Assembly (NCBI GenBank): GCA_027488515.1
Contig: JAIYBN010000005.1
Location: forward strand, 186,225 to 250,224
DNA: 64,000 nucleotides
Source: Pseudomonadota bacterium
Lineage (GTDB): Bacteria > Bdellovibrionota > UBA1018 > CAIMNF01
Direction: 5' to 3'
Made by a program: the position numbers and the translations under genes. How positions within the stretch are numbered: position 1 is the stretch's first letter; every line of letters starts with the position of its first letter. Under the pieces are notes generated by a model, which ran no database searches, was not told the DNA's origin, and saw only the letters and a program-made list of their open reading frames with translations. Below, piece by piece: positions 28,110 through 36,146 of this stretch.

Positions 28110-30068
28110 TCAATTGTTCTCCCAACGCTCGAGTTCGATCAACTCCTGCCCCACCACCACTTCGTCCTCGGCCCTCACCTTCAGGGACTTGATCCGGACG
28201 GGAATCGGAAGACGGTGCGGGATCAGGTTCTGATGGGTCTCGACAATGAGTACGGTTTGCTTGGGAAGAACTTGGGATTGCTCCTTGAAAAAAATCGAAT
28301 GGACCCGCCCTCCGGTGAGCGCCATCAACGAAAGCGGACGTCCGCGCTCGGACCTGCGGACGGAGAAAAACCAGTTTTTCATCCGGACGATGTAGCGTTT
28401 GTCGTGGACCGGATAGACACAGATCCGCTCGGCTTTGGCCTCTTGGTTCTGGAAATACCCTTTCACCCCTCTCAGAGCACCGGCACCGATCTCGAGACGC
28501 TGGGTCCAGCGAAGCGCAGGCGCTCCGACCGGGAGTCGCTGATTCATCCAGATGAAGCTCTCGTTCTCGGACAAGGGCGGGGTGATTTCTGCAAGCGCCG
28601 CGGAGATGGCCGGCAACCAGGACGGATCCGGCGTTTGTTTCGGGATGAACTCTTCGTCCACGAAACCGGTGAAGAACATCGATTCCTCGACCCAAGGATG
28701 GGAAAGCAATTCGTGTAAAAACCGTTCGTTGGTCTGGATGCCACCCGAAATCCAGATCGATTCGAGAATTTCACGGGCACGGACCAGTGCGGTTTTCCAA
28801 TCCGTGGCGAACAGGGTGACCTGCCCGAGGGCACCGCTCGAACGCCAATCGACATCTTGTCCGGGGGTCACGCCCCAGTGGAGCACCCCTTCGAAATCAC
28901 TCCCGCTCCAGTCGGTCTCCTGACTCACCTCGTGGACCACACCCGGATGGGGCACTTTCAGCCAGGTGTCCTCGGAGTAAAGTTTGAGATTGATGCCGAC
29001 AATCGGAGAGTCTCCGCTCTCATCGGCCGAGATCCTGGGCATGGATTTCGGCGGGGTCCGTAACAAGGAGGGCGCGAGCGTGTGCACCTGCCACTCCACA
29101 GCACGGGTCCGACCGACACTCTCCCAGAGCCTGAATCCGAAATTGAGTCGCCCGAGAGCCTCGGTGAAATAAACTTCCAACCCGTTCGAGAGGAACACGA
29201 GATTCCCGACCCCGACAAAATCGGCCGCATCGAGGAAGCGTGTGGAATAATCCTCGATCTTGAGACGTGTCTCCTCGTCGAGACTTTGGGCAGGACAGAC
29301 CTCGACCCAGTTGCGACCCTCGAACATGAGGGATCCGTCGATGACTGGGAAAAACTCGATGTGTCCTTCCTTGGTCCTCGCAAAAGGCTGGACGAAACAG
29401 CGTGAACTTTCGAGGAAACGCTCAAAAAACAACAACGACGATCCCGAACCCTCACGGATCTGGTTCATCCAGATCGGTACCCATTCGTCGAGCTCCTCGA
29501 TTTCCCGGATCACCCTGACCCCGAAACCGCCACGGGCCCGGTAGGCGCTTTTCAGGACGAACGGCAATACGGCCCGACCTTCACCCATCAAGCGCTGAAT
29601 GGATTGCTCGATCTCACGGGTGGAGGTGACGGGTTCGTCGGAAAGCACCAAGGTCGGCACTCCTGCACTTTTGGCGAGGCCGAGGGATTGGTGGATGTTC
29701 CAGAAGAGTTGGAGATTGCGGGAGGAGGAACAGATCGCGGCCAGACCGGATTGGCGTGCCCAGGTCTCCATTTCGGGGCGCTCACCCCAAAGGGTCACCC
29801 CCGGGTGGACCCAGAGGTGTTCGAAGGGCTCGACCTGGTCCCGTTGCTTGAAGGCTTCGAACAAGACCTTGATACGGGTGCCTGCGTCGGGGTCGGTGAT
29901 TTTGGGAAGCTGGGCCACGTCGGGATCCAAGCCCAATTCGGACAATTGGAACACGGCGAGACCGAGGGCGATGAGATCGTCCCGGATCTGCGTGGTGGCA
30001 GCCCCCTCACCGAGCAATAAAATTGCCGGTGGACGAGGGGCAGTTTGATCAGCTAAACCTAGTTTCAT
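28110..30068 (-). CDS. Degenerate biotin carboxylase + biotinyl-domain protein (pseudo acyl-CoA carboxylase alpha subunit)
   Basis: Collinear with AccC/PccA: HPG, AGVP, FVLKS, FERFL, EVCPAQ, YSED, GGIQTNERFL, then a C-terminal biotinyl-like fold. Key motifs are substituted (see findings). Confidence 0.8.
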   Translation of the reverse strand: MKLGLADQTAPRPPAILLLGEGAATTQIRDDLIALGLAVFQLSELGLDPDVAQLPKITDPDAGTRIKVLFEAFKQRDQVEPFEHLWVHPGVTLWGERPEMETWARQSGLAAICSSSRNLQLFWNIHQSLGLAKSAGVPTLVLSDEPVTSTREIEQSIQRLMGEGRAVLPFVLKSAYRARGGFGVRVIREIEELDEWVPIWMNQIREGSGSSLLFFERFLESSRCFVQPFARTKEGHIEFFPVIDGSLMFEGRNWVEVCPAQSLDEETRLKIEDYSTRFLDAADFVGVGNLVFLSNGLEVYFTEALGRLNFGFRLWESVGRTRAVEWQVHTLAPSLLRTPPKSMPRISADESGDSPIVGINLKLYSEDTWLKVPHPGVVHEVSQETDWSGSDFEGVLHWGVTPGQDVDWRSSGALGQVTLFATDWKTALVRAREILESIWISGGIQTNERFLHELLSHPWVEESMFFTGFVDEEFIPKQTPDPSWLPAISAALAEITPPLSENESFIWMNQRLPVGAPALRWTQRLEIGAGALRGVKGYFQNQEAKAERICVYPVHDKRYIVRMKNWFFSVRRSERGRPLSLMALTGGRVHSIFFKEQSQVLPKQTVLIVETHQNLIPHRLPIPVRIKSLKVRAEDEVVVGQELIELERWENN

Positions 30069-30114
30069 TCAGGGTTTAGGTTAGCGTAAGGTCAATCCAA
30101 AAGGAAACAATTCC

Positions 30115-31368
30115 ATGAGAGTTCCGGTCGCACTGGTGGACGCGTTCAAAGACGGCTTCGAGCCCGTCTTGACTGACTTCATGTCCCAACAGCGCCTGCT
30201 TCCCGAGGGAGAAACCCTTGAGTCGAAACGTTACCTTTCACGGTCCATTGCGCCCCATGTGAAGGCACTTTCCAACCTCTTCAACCGGATGGAGGGGAGT
30301 CAAACGGATGGCATCGACACCGAAGCCTACTGGACCGAGGGAGGGAGTGCGAAAAACCGACGGCTCGCCTACTTCCTTTCTTTCATGCCCTGCAATCTGT
30401 TCCGGGTCGCCGCGGTCTGGAGTGAATTGCAACGACTGGGATTCAAATGGCCCTTTCCGGCCGATGGTGAGTTCCGCGGACTCGAATGGGGAGCCGGCCT
30501 CGCTTCCGGCGCCTGTGGGATCATCGCAGGAGAGAAGCACGCCCCCCTCGGGCTGCCTGTCCGGGGTAATTTCGCTTTGATCGAACAGAGCAAAGCCGCC
30601 TTGCAAATGGGGAAGGCCTGGTTCGAGCATTTCTCGGGCTCGGGATACGACGCCCGCCCCTTTCACCGCAGAGTCGAACTCGGACGTCGCTGGCTTCCCG
30701 AAGCGGCTCCTCGGTTCCATTTGTTCGTCTCGAGCTATTTCTTGAACGAGAGCGAGCTGCCTCCCGAAGTTCTCGCGGCAAACCTCATCGAAACTTGTGA
30801 GCACCACCTCGAGGACGAAGGCGTGGTGATCCTGGTCGAACCGGCATTGAGACTCCAATCGAGAAAATTGCTCGAGATCCGCAAAGCCCTGATCGCCCAC
30901 CCTAAAGTGAACTCCGGAGCGGTACCGCTTCAAGTCCTCCTTCCGTGTCTCGGACACCAGGCCTGTGGAGCGCTGACCAAAGAAGACGACTGGTGCCATG
31001 AAGAGGTGAATTGGTGGAGACCGGCCTACCTCCGGGAACTCGATGCCTTGGCCGGACTCGACCGGAAATCCCTCCCCTTCAGCTACCTCGTACTTCAAAA
31101 GACCCGGAAATCCCGCGAAGAGATCCTGCCCAGACTCCAGGGCCCGTCCGGAGCACGCCATCGTCTGGTCAGTCCGACTCATTCGCTCGGAAAAAAAACC
31201 TGGGAATTCTTCATGTGTGGAGAAGAGGGAAAACGTCGTGCCCGACTCTCCCGGAAAGCGATCACCGGCGGAAGTGAAGAGCCGGATCGCGGCTCCATTT
31301 TGCAGCGCGCCAAGCTTCATGGCGAGGCAAGCCTGACCCAGATCGACTCCACCGAAGTACTGGACTGA
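30115..31368 (+). CDS. Rsm22/METTL17-like SAM-dependent methyltransferase
   Basis: AYFLSFMPCN, LEWGAGLASG, ILVEPA, PCLGHQAC...DWCH, FSYLVLQK and MCGEEG. Confidence 0.8.
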   Translation: MRVPVALVDAFKDGFEPVLTDFMSQQRLLPEGETLESKRYLSRSIAPHVKALSNLFNRMEGSQTDGIDTEAYWTEGGSAKNRRLAYFLSFMPCNLFRVAAVWSELQRLGFKWPFPADGEFRGLEWGAGLASGACGIIAGEKHAPLGLPVRGNFALIEQSKAALQMGKAWFEHFSGSGYDARPFHRRVELGRRWLPEAAPRFHLFVSSYFLNESELPPEVLAANLIETCEHHLEDEGVVILVEPALRLQSRKLLEIRKALIAHPKVNSGAVPLQVLLPCLGHQACGALTKEDDWCHEEVNWWRPAYLRELDALAGLDRKSLPFSYLVLQKTRKSREEILPRLQGPSGARHRLVSPTHSLGKKTWEFFMCGEEGKRRARLSRKAITGGSEEPDRGSILQRAKLHGEASLTQIDSTEVLD

Positions 31369-31374
31369 GAATGT

Positions 31375-31403
31375 TTGACTCGACCGTCCATGCGCGGTAT
31401 CCC
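31375..31403 (+). promoter_or_regulatory. sigma70-like promoter for tatA-hpt
   Basis: TTGACT, 17-nt spacer, TATCCC. GGAGG lies upstream of the tatA ATG. Confidence 0.45.
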
Positions 31404-31432
31404 TTGGCAAAACCTTAAGCTGGAGGGCTCCC

Positions 31433-31642
31433 ATGTTTGGCATTTCTTTCGAACACATCGTGATCGTCGGCGTCGTACTCCTCATTTTCGGACCGCGCAG
31501 GCTGCCGGAACTCGGGATGACCATGGGAAAAGCGGTCAAGAACTTCAAAGACTCGATCAGTGGCATCGAAGAAGCCAACTTCAAACGGGTGAATGAAACC
31601 GAGAAGCCCAAGACCACCACGGAACCAGAATCGCAGGCATGA
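31433..31642 (+). CDS. tatA: Twin-arginine translocase TatA/E subunit
   Basis: LLIFGPRRLPELG..MGKAVKNFK. Confidence 0.93.
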   Translation: MFGISFEHIVIVGVVLLIFGPRRLPELGMTMGKAVKNFKDSISGIEEANFKRVNETEKPKTTTEPESQA

Positions 31643-32172
31643 ACGGGACTCCGAAGTTCAGCAAGGTTCTGAGCGAGGGTGACATCAAGATCCTGGTGCG
31701 GGATCTCGCAGACCGGATCCGCAAGGACTACGACGGTGTACCGGTCCTTCTGATCGGCGTCCTGAAGGGCGCTTTCGTTTTCATGACGGACCTGATGCGC
31801 GAACTCAGGATGGATGTCGAAATCGATTTCGTCCGCCTGTCGAGCTACGGCAAAGACCGTCAATCCAGCGGAACAGTCACGCTCTTGAAGGACATTTCCC
31901 GCGATATCCGCGGAAAACACGTCCTCATTGTCGAGGAGATCATCGACAGTGGACGGTCACTCAAGTTTCTTTACGAGCGCCTGATCCAATCCGAGCCCGC
32001 CTCGCTCGAGATTGTGACCCTGCTCGACAAGGCCGAGAAACGGGTGGTTCAAGTTCCGGTCAAATACGTCGGCATGAAAGTCGACGACCAATTTTTGATC
32101 GGCTACGGTCTCGACCTCGAGGAAAAAGAGCGCAATCTCCGGGAAGTCCTCACGCTCAGCTACCCCAACTGA
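31639..32172 (+). CDS. hpt: Hypoxanthine phosphoribosyltransferase
   Basis: LKGAFVFMTDL, SSYG, VLIVEEIIDSG (PRPP loop) and FLIGYGLD. Confidence 0.94.
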   Translation: MNGTPKFSKVLSEGDIKILVRDLADRIRKDYDGVPVLLIGVLKGAFVFMTDLMRELRMDVEIDFVRLSSYGKDRQSSGTVTLLKDISRDIRGKHVLIVEEIIDSGRSLKFLYERLIQSEPASLEIVTLLDKAEKRVVQVPVKYVGMKVDDQFLIGYGLDLEEKERNLREVLTLSYPN

Positions 32173-32932
32173 AGTCGACTCGGTCGCCCCCTTGGGCCGG
32201 AACCATGCGCAGAGTCCGGAGCTCACGGAAATTCCGGAATTCAAACGTGAGCGGATGCCCCACCCGGGTTTCGATGCACTCGAAGGCCCGGGGCTCACTC
32301 AGCATGAACCGGTGGTTCGCGATCGTTTTCTTCGCCATCGCATCCGGATCGAAGGGGATTGGATGGTAGCCCGCACAGACGGTTTGTGCCGCCGGATCCA
32401 GTTCACACGGTATTTCGGTCGGCCGGGGGATCACGCAAAAGATCGCATCAGGAGTGCAGATGAATGGGCGACTCAGACGATCATTCCCGAGAAACCGGAA
32501 TTTGGAACAGTATCCGAATGAAGGAGAATACCAGGTGGGTGCCTCCTCTCTTTTGGGGTTCTCCATCATCAATCTTGCCGTTTCATCGACGTACACAGAG
32601 AGAAACACACCGTCGGCCCCCTCTGCATCCTGAATCACCGGATAAGCTCCCGAGGTGATGTCATTCTCGATCCGGTTCGCCAGTCCGGAAGGCGTCACCT
32701 CGAACCGCACTTGACGCTCCACAAAAGAAAGAGTTCCGACCGGAGAACCCGCAGAAACAGGCGGATGACCCTCGAAAATCATGAGGCGTACCGGGGCAGT
32801 ACCGGCCCCCCCTCTCACCTCCCGCAAAAAAACCGGGGCCCTCAAGGCTTCGGACCGGAACCGGACTTCCCCGCATCCAGTCCCCCACACCGCCAACCAT
32901 CCGATCCAGAAAATCTTTCTCCCGTAGCTCAT
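32156..32932 (-). CDS. Hypothetical lipoprotein
   Basis: MSYGRKIFWIGWLAVWGTGC lipobox-like signal and a Cys-rich C-terminal half. Confidence 0.65.
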   Translation of the reverse strand: MSYGRKIFWIGWLAVWGTGCGEVRFRSEALRAPVFLREVRGGAGTAPVRLMIFEGHPPVSAGSPVGTLSFVERQVRFEVTPSGLANRIENDITSGAYPVIQDAEGADGVFLSVYVDETARLMMENPKREEAPTWYSPSFGYCSKFRFLGNDRLSRPFICTPDAIFCVIPRPTEIPCELDPAAQTVCAGYHPIPFDPDAMAKKTIANHRFMLSEPRAFECIETRVGHPLTFEFRNFRELRTLRMVPAQGGDRVDFSWGS

Positions 32933-33076
32933 TCGGAATCCACCCCTCTTGTCTGACGGAGGGTGCAGAACTCCGGCCAAGAGTCAGGACTGGAAACACC
33001 AAGCATTCCAAAAGGATGACAGATCCCACTCCCGAGCCTGCCGACTGAACTCAAACCCGGATCCGGATTCCGGAAC

Positions 33077-33111
33077 AAAAAAACCCCGGCAGGAGAAACC
33101 TCCCGCCGGGG
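33077..33111 (-). terminator. Rho-independent terminator on the minus strand
   Basis: Minus strand reads CCCCGGCGGGAG-GTTT-CTCCTGCCGGGG followed by T7. Confidence 0.9.
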
Positions 33112-33241
33112 CCCGTAAAGGGTCAAACCGATCACTCCCTCGATCAAGCCAATGCTTTATCCAATCCCTTGGATGGACCTCGACCGCAACCACACTTCGA
33201 TACAGTTGCCTCTTCCCTGAAGCCGATCTCACAACCGATGT
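33077..33241 (-). ncRNA. Candidate small RNA (~165 nt) with three AGGGA motifs
   Basis: Lies between a promoter (33248-33275) and an intrinsic terminator (33077-33111). No credible ORF; several stable hairpins. Confidence 0.6.
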
Positions 33242-33247
33242 AGCTCT

Positions 33248-33275
33248 ATCGTAACGAACCCCCACCGGGTGTCAA
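33248..33275 (-). promoter_or_regulatory. sigma70 promoter for the candidate sRNA
   Basis: Minus strand TTGACA, 16-nt spacer, TACGAT, with an AT-rich UP-like tract at about 33288-33316. Confidence 0.7.
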
Positions 33276-33319
33276 TTCCCCCCCGATCTTTTTTGATAAA
33301 ATATTTTATTTTCGAAATG

Positions 33320-33342
33320 ATCTTAGATTGAGAATCTAAGAT
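33320..33342. promoter_or_regulatory. Perfect palindrome (putative operator) abutting the methyltransferase start
   Basis: ATCTTAGATT-GAG-AATCTAAGAT, 10-bp arms, ending 3 nt before ATG 33346. Confidence 0.55.
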
Positions 33343-33345
33343 GGC

Positions 33346-34146
33346 ATGAAAGAAGATCCCAGCACTCTCTGGCGTGGAAGCTCCGAGGAACTCCTGAAGG
33401 CCCTGCACATTCTCACCCGGGACGGTAAACTGAACGCGGACTCCCGACGCAAATTGAAGCAGGTGCATCACCTGGCCCAGCTCATCGAGCCTTTGGTCCG
33501 GAAGCTCCACACTCCCGAGTCAGGCCTGACCGTCGTGGACATGGGAGCAGGGAAGTCCTATCTCGGATTCATTCTCACCGATCTCTACTTGAAGCAGCTT
33601 GCCGGAGCGCGCATGGTCTCGATCGAGAACCGCCCCGAGCTCGTCGAGCGCTCACAAAAGCTGGCCTCGGATTCCGGATTCGGAATGATGGAGTTCGTCG
33701 CGTCCGACATCGGAGAGGCGCGTGTCGAGGGACCGGTCGGTTTGGTCACCGCTCTGCATGCTTGCGATACCGCAACAGATGATGCGATCCGCTTCGGATT
33801 GCGTCACGACGCCCGGGCCTTCGCCCTGGTTCCGTGTTGCCAGGCAGAGGTGGCCGCACAATTGGGCGGAATCCCTGCATCCGAACGATCCCCCCTGTAT
33901 CGCCAGGCCCTGCACCGAAGGGAGTTCGGAAGCCACCTCACGAACGTGATCCGGACCCTGTATCTGAGCTCACTCGGTTATCAGGTCACGGTCACGGAAC
34001 TCGTCGGGTGGGAGCACTCGATGAAAAACGAGCTGATCCTGGCGGAGAAAAAATCCGGACCGGAGCACCCTGAGGCACTCCGGTCCAAACAACAGCTCGA
34101 CGACCTTCTTCAGACCTTCAAGGTCACACCGACACTTCTCAAATAG
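33346..34146 (+). CDS. Class I SAM-dependent methyltransferase (Methyltransf_32-like)
   Basis: RKLKQVHH, VDMGAGKSYLGF, ALHACDTATD, VPCCQ and EHSMKN. Confidence 0.88.
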   Translation: MKEDPSTLWRGSSEELLKALHILTRDGKLNADSRRKLKQVHHLAQLIEPLVRKLHTPESGLTVVDMGAGKSYLGFILTDLYLKQLAGARMVSIENRPELVERSQKLASDSGFGMMEFVASDIGEARVEGPVGLVTALHACDTATDDAIRFGLRHDARAFALVPCCQAEVAAQLGGIPASERSPLYRQALHRREFGSHLTNVIRTLYLSSLGYQVTVTELVGWEHSMKNELILAEKKSGPEHPEALRSKQQLDDLLQTFKVTPTLLK

Positions 34147-36100
34147 AGCCCTGCAATCCCACCACGATGTTCCGTCCGGGCAAGGGCGCCAGGTCCTTCA
34201 GGAAGGAAATGTGGTTGCGTGCCTCGACATCGAACAGGTTGTTGGCGCGGAGGATCGCTCTCAGGTTTCCGAAGCTTCCTGAGAACGGAATTTCCGCTCC
34301 GAGATTCAACATAGTATAACCACGGGTGGTGAGCTCGTTCGCTGCGATCACGTTCTGACCCTCGACCCGCTGGAGCTCACCATCAATTGAAAAATAGGAC
34401 TGCTGGTAGCGCACACCGACCGTTCCCCGAGCCGGCACCATCCGGGGTAGATTTCCTCCGCCGCCGAGATCCAGGCCCCGCATCCAGTCGGCTTTGAAGT
34501 CGAACTCCCAGTTCCCGTTCAAAAAGGCCTGCCCGAGCTTGTGGGTGTACTCGAATTCCGCTCCAATCAGGCGGGCCGGAGTCGATCGAAATTCGTAGAT
34601 CTCCATGTCGTCCGTCGTATCCCCGGGCGTCCCCATGTCATCCTGGGTCCCGGTCGGGGTCAGCGCGAGATAATTCCGGAAGTCCTGAACATAGGTGGTG
34701 AGCCGCGCTTCGTTTTGCCGGTCCTTCACCTTCAGAGAGACCTCGAGCCCGAGGTTTTTCTCGGTCCGGAAGGAGCTGTTACCCTTTTCGACAATCCCGG
34801 TCGCCATGTGAGCTCCGTCAGCGAAAAGCTCCTGATAGTTGGGTGCACGTTCGGTATAGGTCGAGTTCAAACCGACCGTCCACTCTTGCCCGGTGATCGG
34901 AGCTGGAACGTCCACTTGGAAACCGAGCGAGCCACTCGGAGCGAAGAAGTTGCGGGTCGTTTCTTCGGTGAGCAGATTTCCCGCTTCACCCGTCACCGAG
35001 GAAGCATCGAGCCTGACCCCGAACGAAGGACGGATCGCTCCCCACTTTGCCTCTTGGAGGCCGAAGAGCGCCCAAGACGAGCTCCGGTTCGTCGGCAAGA
35101 AGGCCTCATCGCCGAGAGCACTCAGACGCGAATACTGCTGCTGAAGCCCGACAGTGGTATTCCCGCTTTTCGCATCCACCCGCGATTCGATCCCGCGGTT
35201 GCGGAAGACGGTTCCGATTTCATCGCCCTCACGTTCTTGATGCTCGTACTTGGTGTAGGCCGACTTGAAGCGGATCGAATCGAAAAACGCAAAGCGCTTG
35301 ATTTCACCCGCGGCATCTAGCCTGACCCGGTCCATCCCGATTCTCACGCTCTCCTCGGCGACTGTTCCGTAGTCGGTCAGATAGCCTGAGAGCGAAAGCC
35401 CCGCAAATCCGTTCTCAAAGGGGCGACTGATCCCGATCGCGGCCTGTGACGTCCGGTTCGAGCTGTTCTCGACCTTTTCCTGCGCAGTGGGAACCGCATA
35501 ATTCTCGGTACTCCGGATCGATCCGTCGATGTGGAACACATAATTGCCGAGCTTGTAGCAGGCCACTCCTCCCGCTGCTTTTCCTTGATCCATACTCGAA
35601 TAACGGAGGCTGAAGTCGGAATGTCCGGTTTCGATACCGGTTTCTGAGATCCGGTTCGTGCGCAGGTTCACCACACCGCCGACCGCGCTGTTCCCGTACA
35701 GAAGTGCCGAGGGTCCGCGCAGGATCTCGACCGATTCGAGTAGCAGGGGATCGATAGAAAGAGCGTGATCCGGACTCGCGCCTGATGCGTCTAGGAGCCC
35801 GATCCCGTTCTCGAGCATTCGGACCCGATCCCCGTCCAAACCCCGGATCACCGGGCGGGAAGAGTTCGGACCGAAGAAGCTCGAGCTGACCCCGACTTCC
35901 TGCGAGAGTGTTTCGCCAAGCGTGGTCTGTTTCTTACGGTCGAACTTGGCTCCACCGATCTTGGAAACAGTCGGCAGAAAGTCGAATGCCGAGCGACGCT
36001 CCGGGGTTCCGAGCACGCTGATTTCAGGGAGCTCGAGTTCGTGGGCTGTTGCAGAGAACACAGGCAAACACAGGGCCAAAAGAATGTGTCGGGTCTTCAT
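34139..36100 (-). CDS. TonB-dependent outer-membrane receptor, ZnuD-like
   Basis: Signal peptide, TonB-box-like LPEISV, plug motifs SRPVIRGLDGDRV...SPDHA and EILRGPSALLYG, and C-terminal NNLFD...GRN. Confidence 0.9.
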   Translation of the reverse strand: MKTRHILLALCLPVFSATAHELELPEISVLGTPERRSAFDFLPTVSKIGGAKFDRKKQTTLGETLSQEVGVSSSFFGPNSSRPVIRGLDGDRVRMLENGIGLLDASGASPDHALSIDPLLLESVEILRGPSALLYGNSAVGGVVNLRTNRISETGIETGHSDFSLRYSSMDQGKAAGGVACYKLGNYVFHIDGSIRSTENYAVPTAQEKVENSSNRTSQAAIGISRPFENGFAGLSLSGYLTDYGTVAEESVRIGMDRVRLDAAGEIKRFAFFDSIRFKSAYTKYEHQEREGDEIGTVFRNRGIESRVDAKSGNTTVGLQQQYSRLSALGDEAFLPTNRSSSWALFGLQEAKWGAIRPSFGVRLDASSVTGEAGNLLTEETTRNFFAPSGSLGFQVDVPAPITGQEWTVGLNSTYTERAPNYQELFADGAHMATGIVEKGNSSFRTEKNLGLEVSLKVKDRQNEARLTTYVQDFRNYLALTPTGTQDDMGTPGDTTDDMEIYEFRSTPARLIGAEFEYTHKLGQAFLNGNWEFDFKADWMRGLDLGGGGNLPRMVPARGTVGVRYQQSYFSIDGELQRVEGQNVIAANELTTRGYTMLNLGAEIPFSGSFGNLRAILRANNLFDVEARNHISFLKDLAPLPGRNIVVGLQGSI

Positions 36101-36120
36101 GGGTTTTCACGCTAATACAA

Positions 36121-36137
36121 ATGCAACTGGTTTGCAT
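36121..36137. promoter_or_regulatory. Putative Zur box upstream of the TonB-dependent receptor
   Basis: ATGCAAC-TGG-TTTGCAT, a 17-bp near-palindrome 21 nt upstream of the receptor ATG. Confidence 0.7.
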
Positions 36138-36146
36138 CTAAAAAAA

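Noticed and set aside
30238-31920. 560-aa minus-strand ORF
   Set aside because: It is the antisense shadow of the Rsm22-like gene, tatA and hpt, and shows no motifs.
33195-33225. Cobalamin-riboswitch-like words AGGGAA and GCAACTGT in the sRNA candidate
   Set aside because: The two words are nearly adjacent, and the P4-P6 hairpins that separate them in real B12 riboswitches are missing.
33077-33241. 6S RNA or SRP RNA identity
   Set aside because: It is too short before the terminator for 6S and lacks the SRP GGAA/GCAGC domain IV motif. A CCCTGAAGCCGAT match to E. coli 6S lies on the strand opposite the promoter and terminator.
32984-33265. 93-aa minus-strand ORF over the sRNA
   Set aside because: It starts inside the promoter spacer, runs through a strong terminator and has no recognisable protein features.
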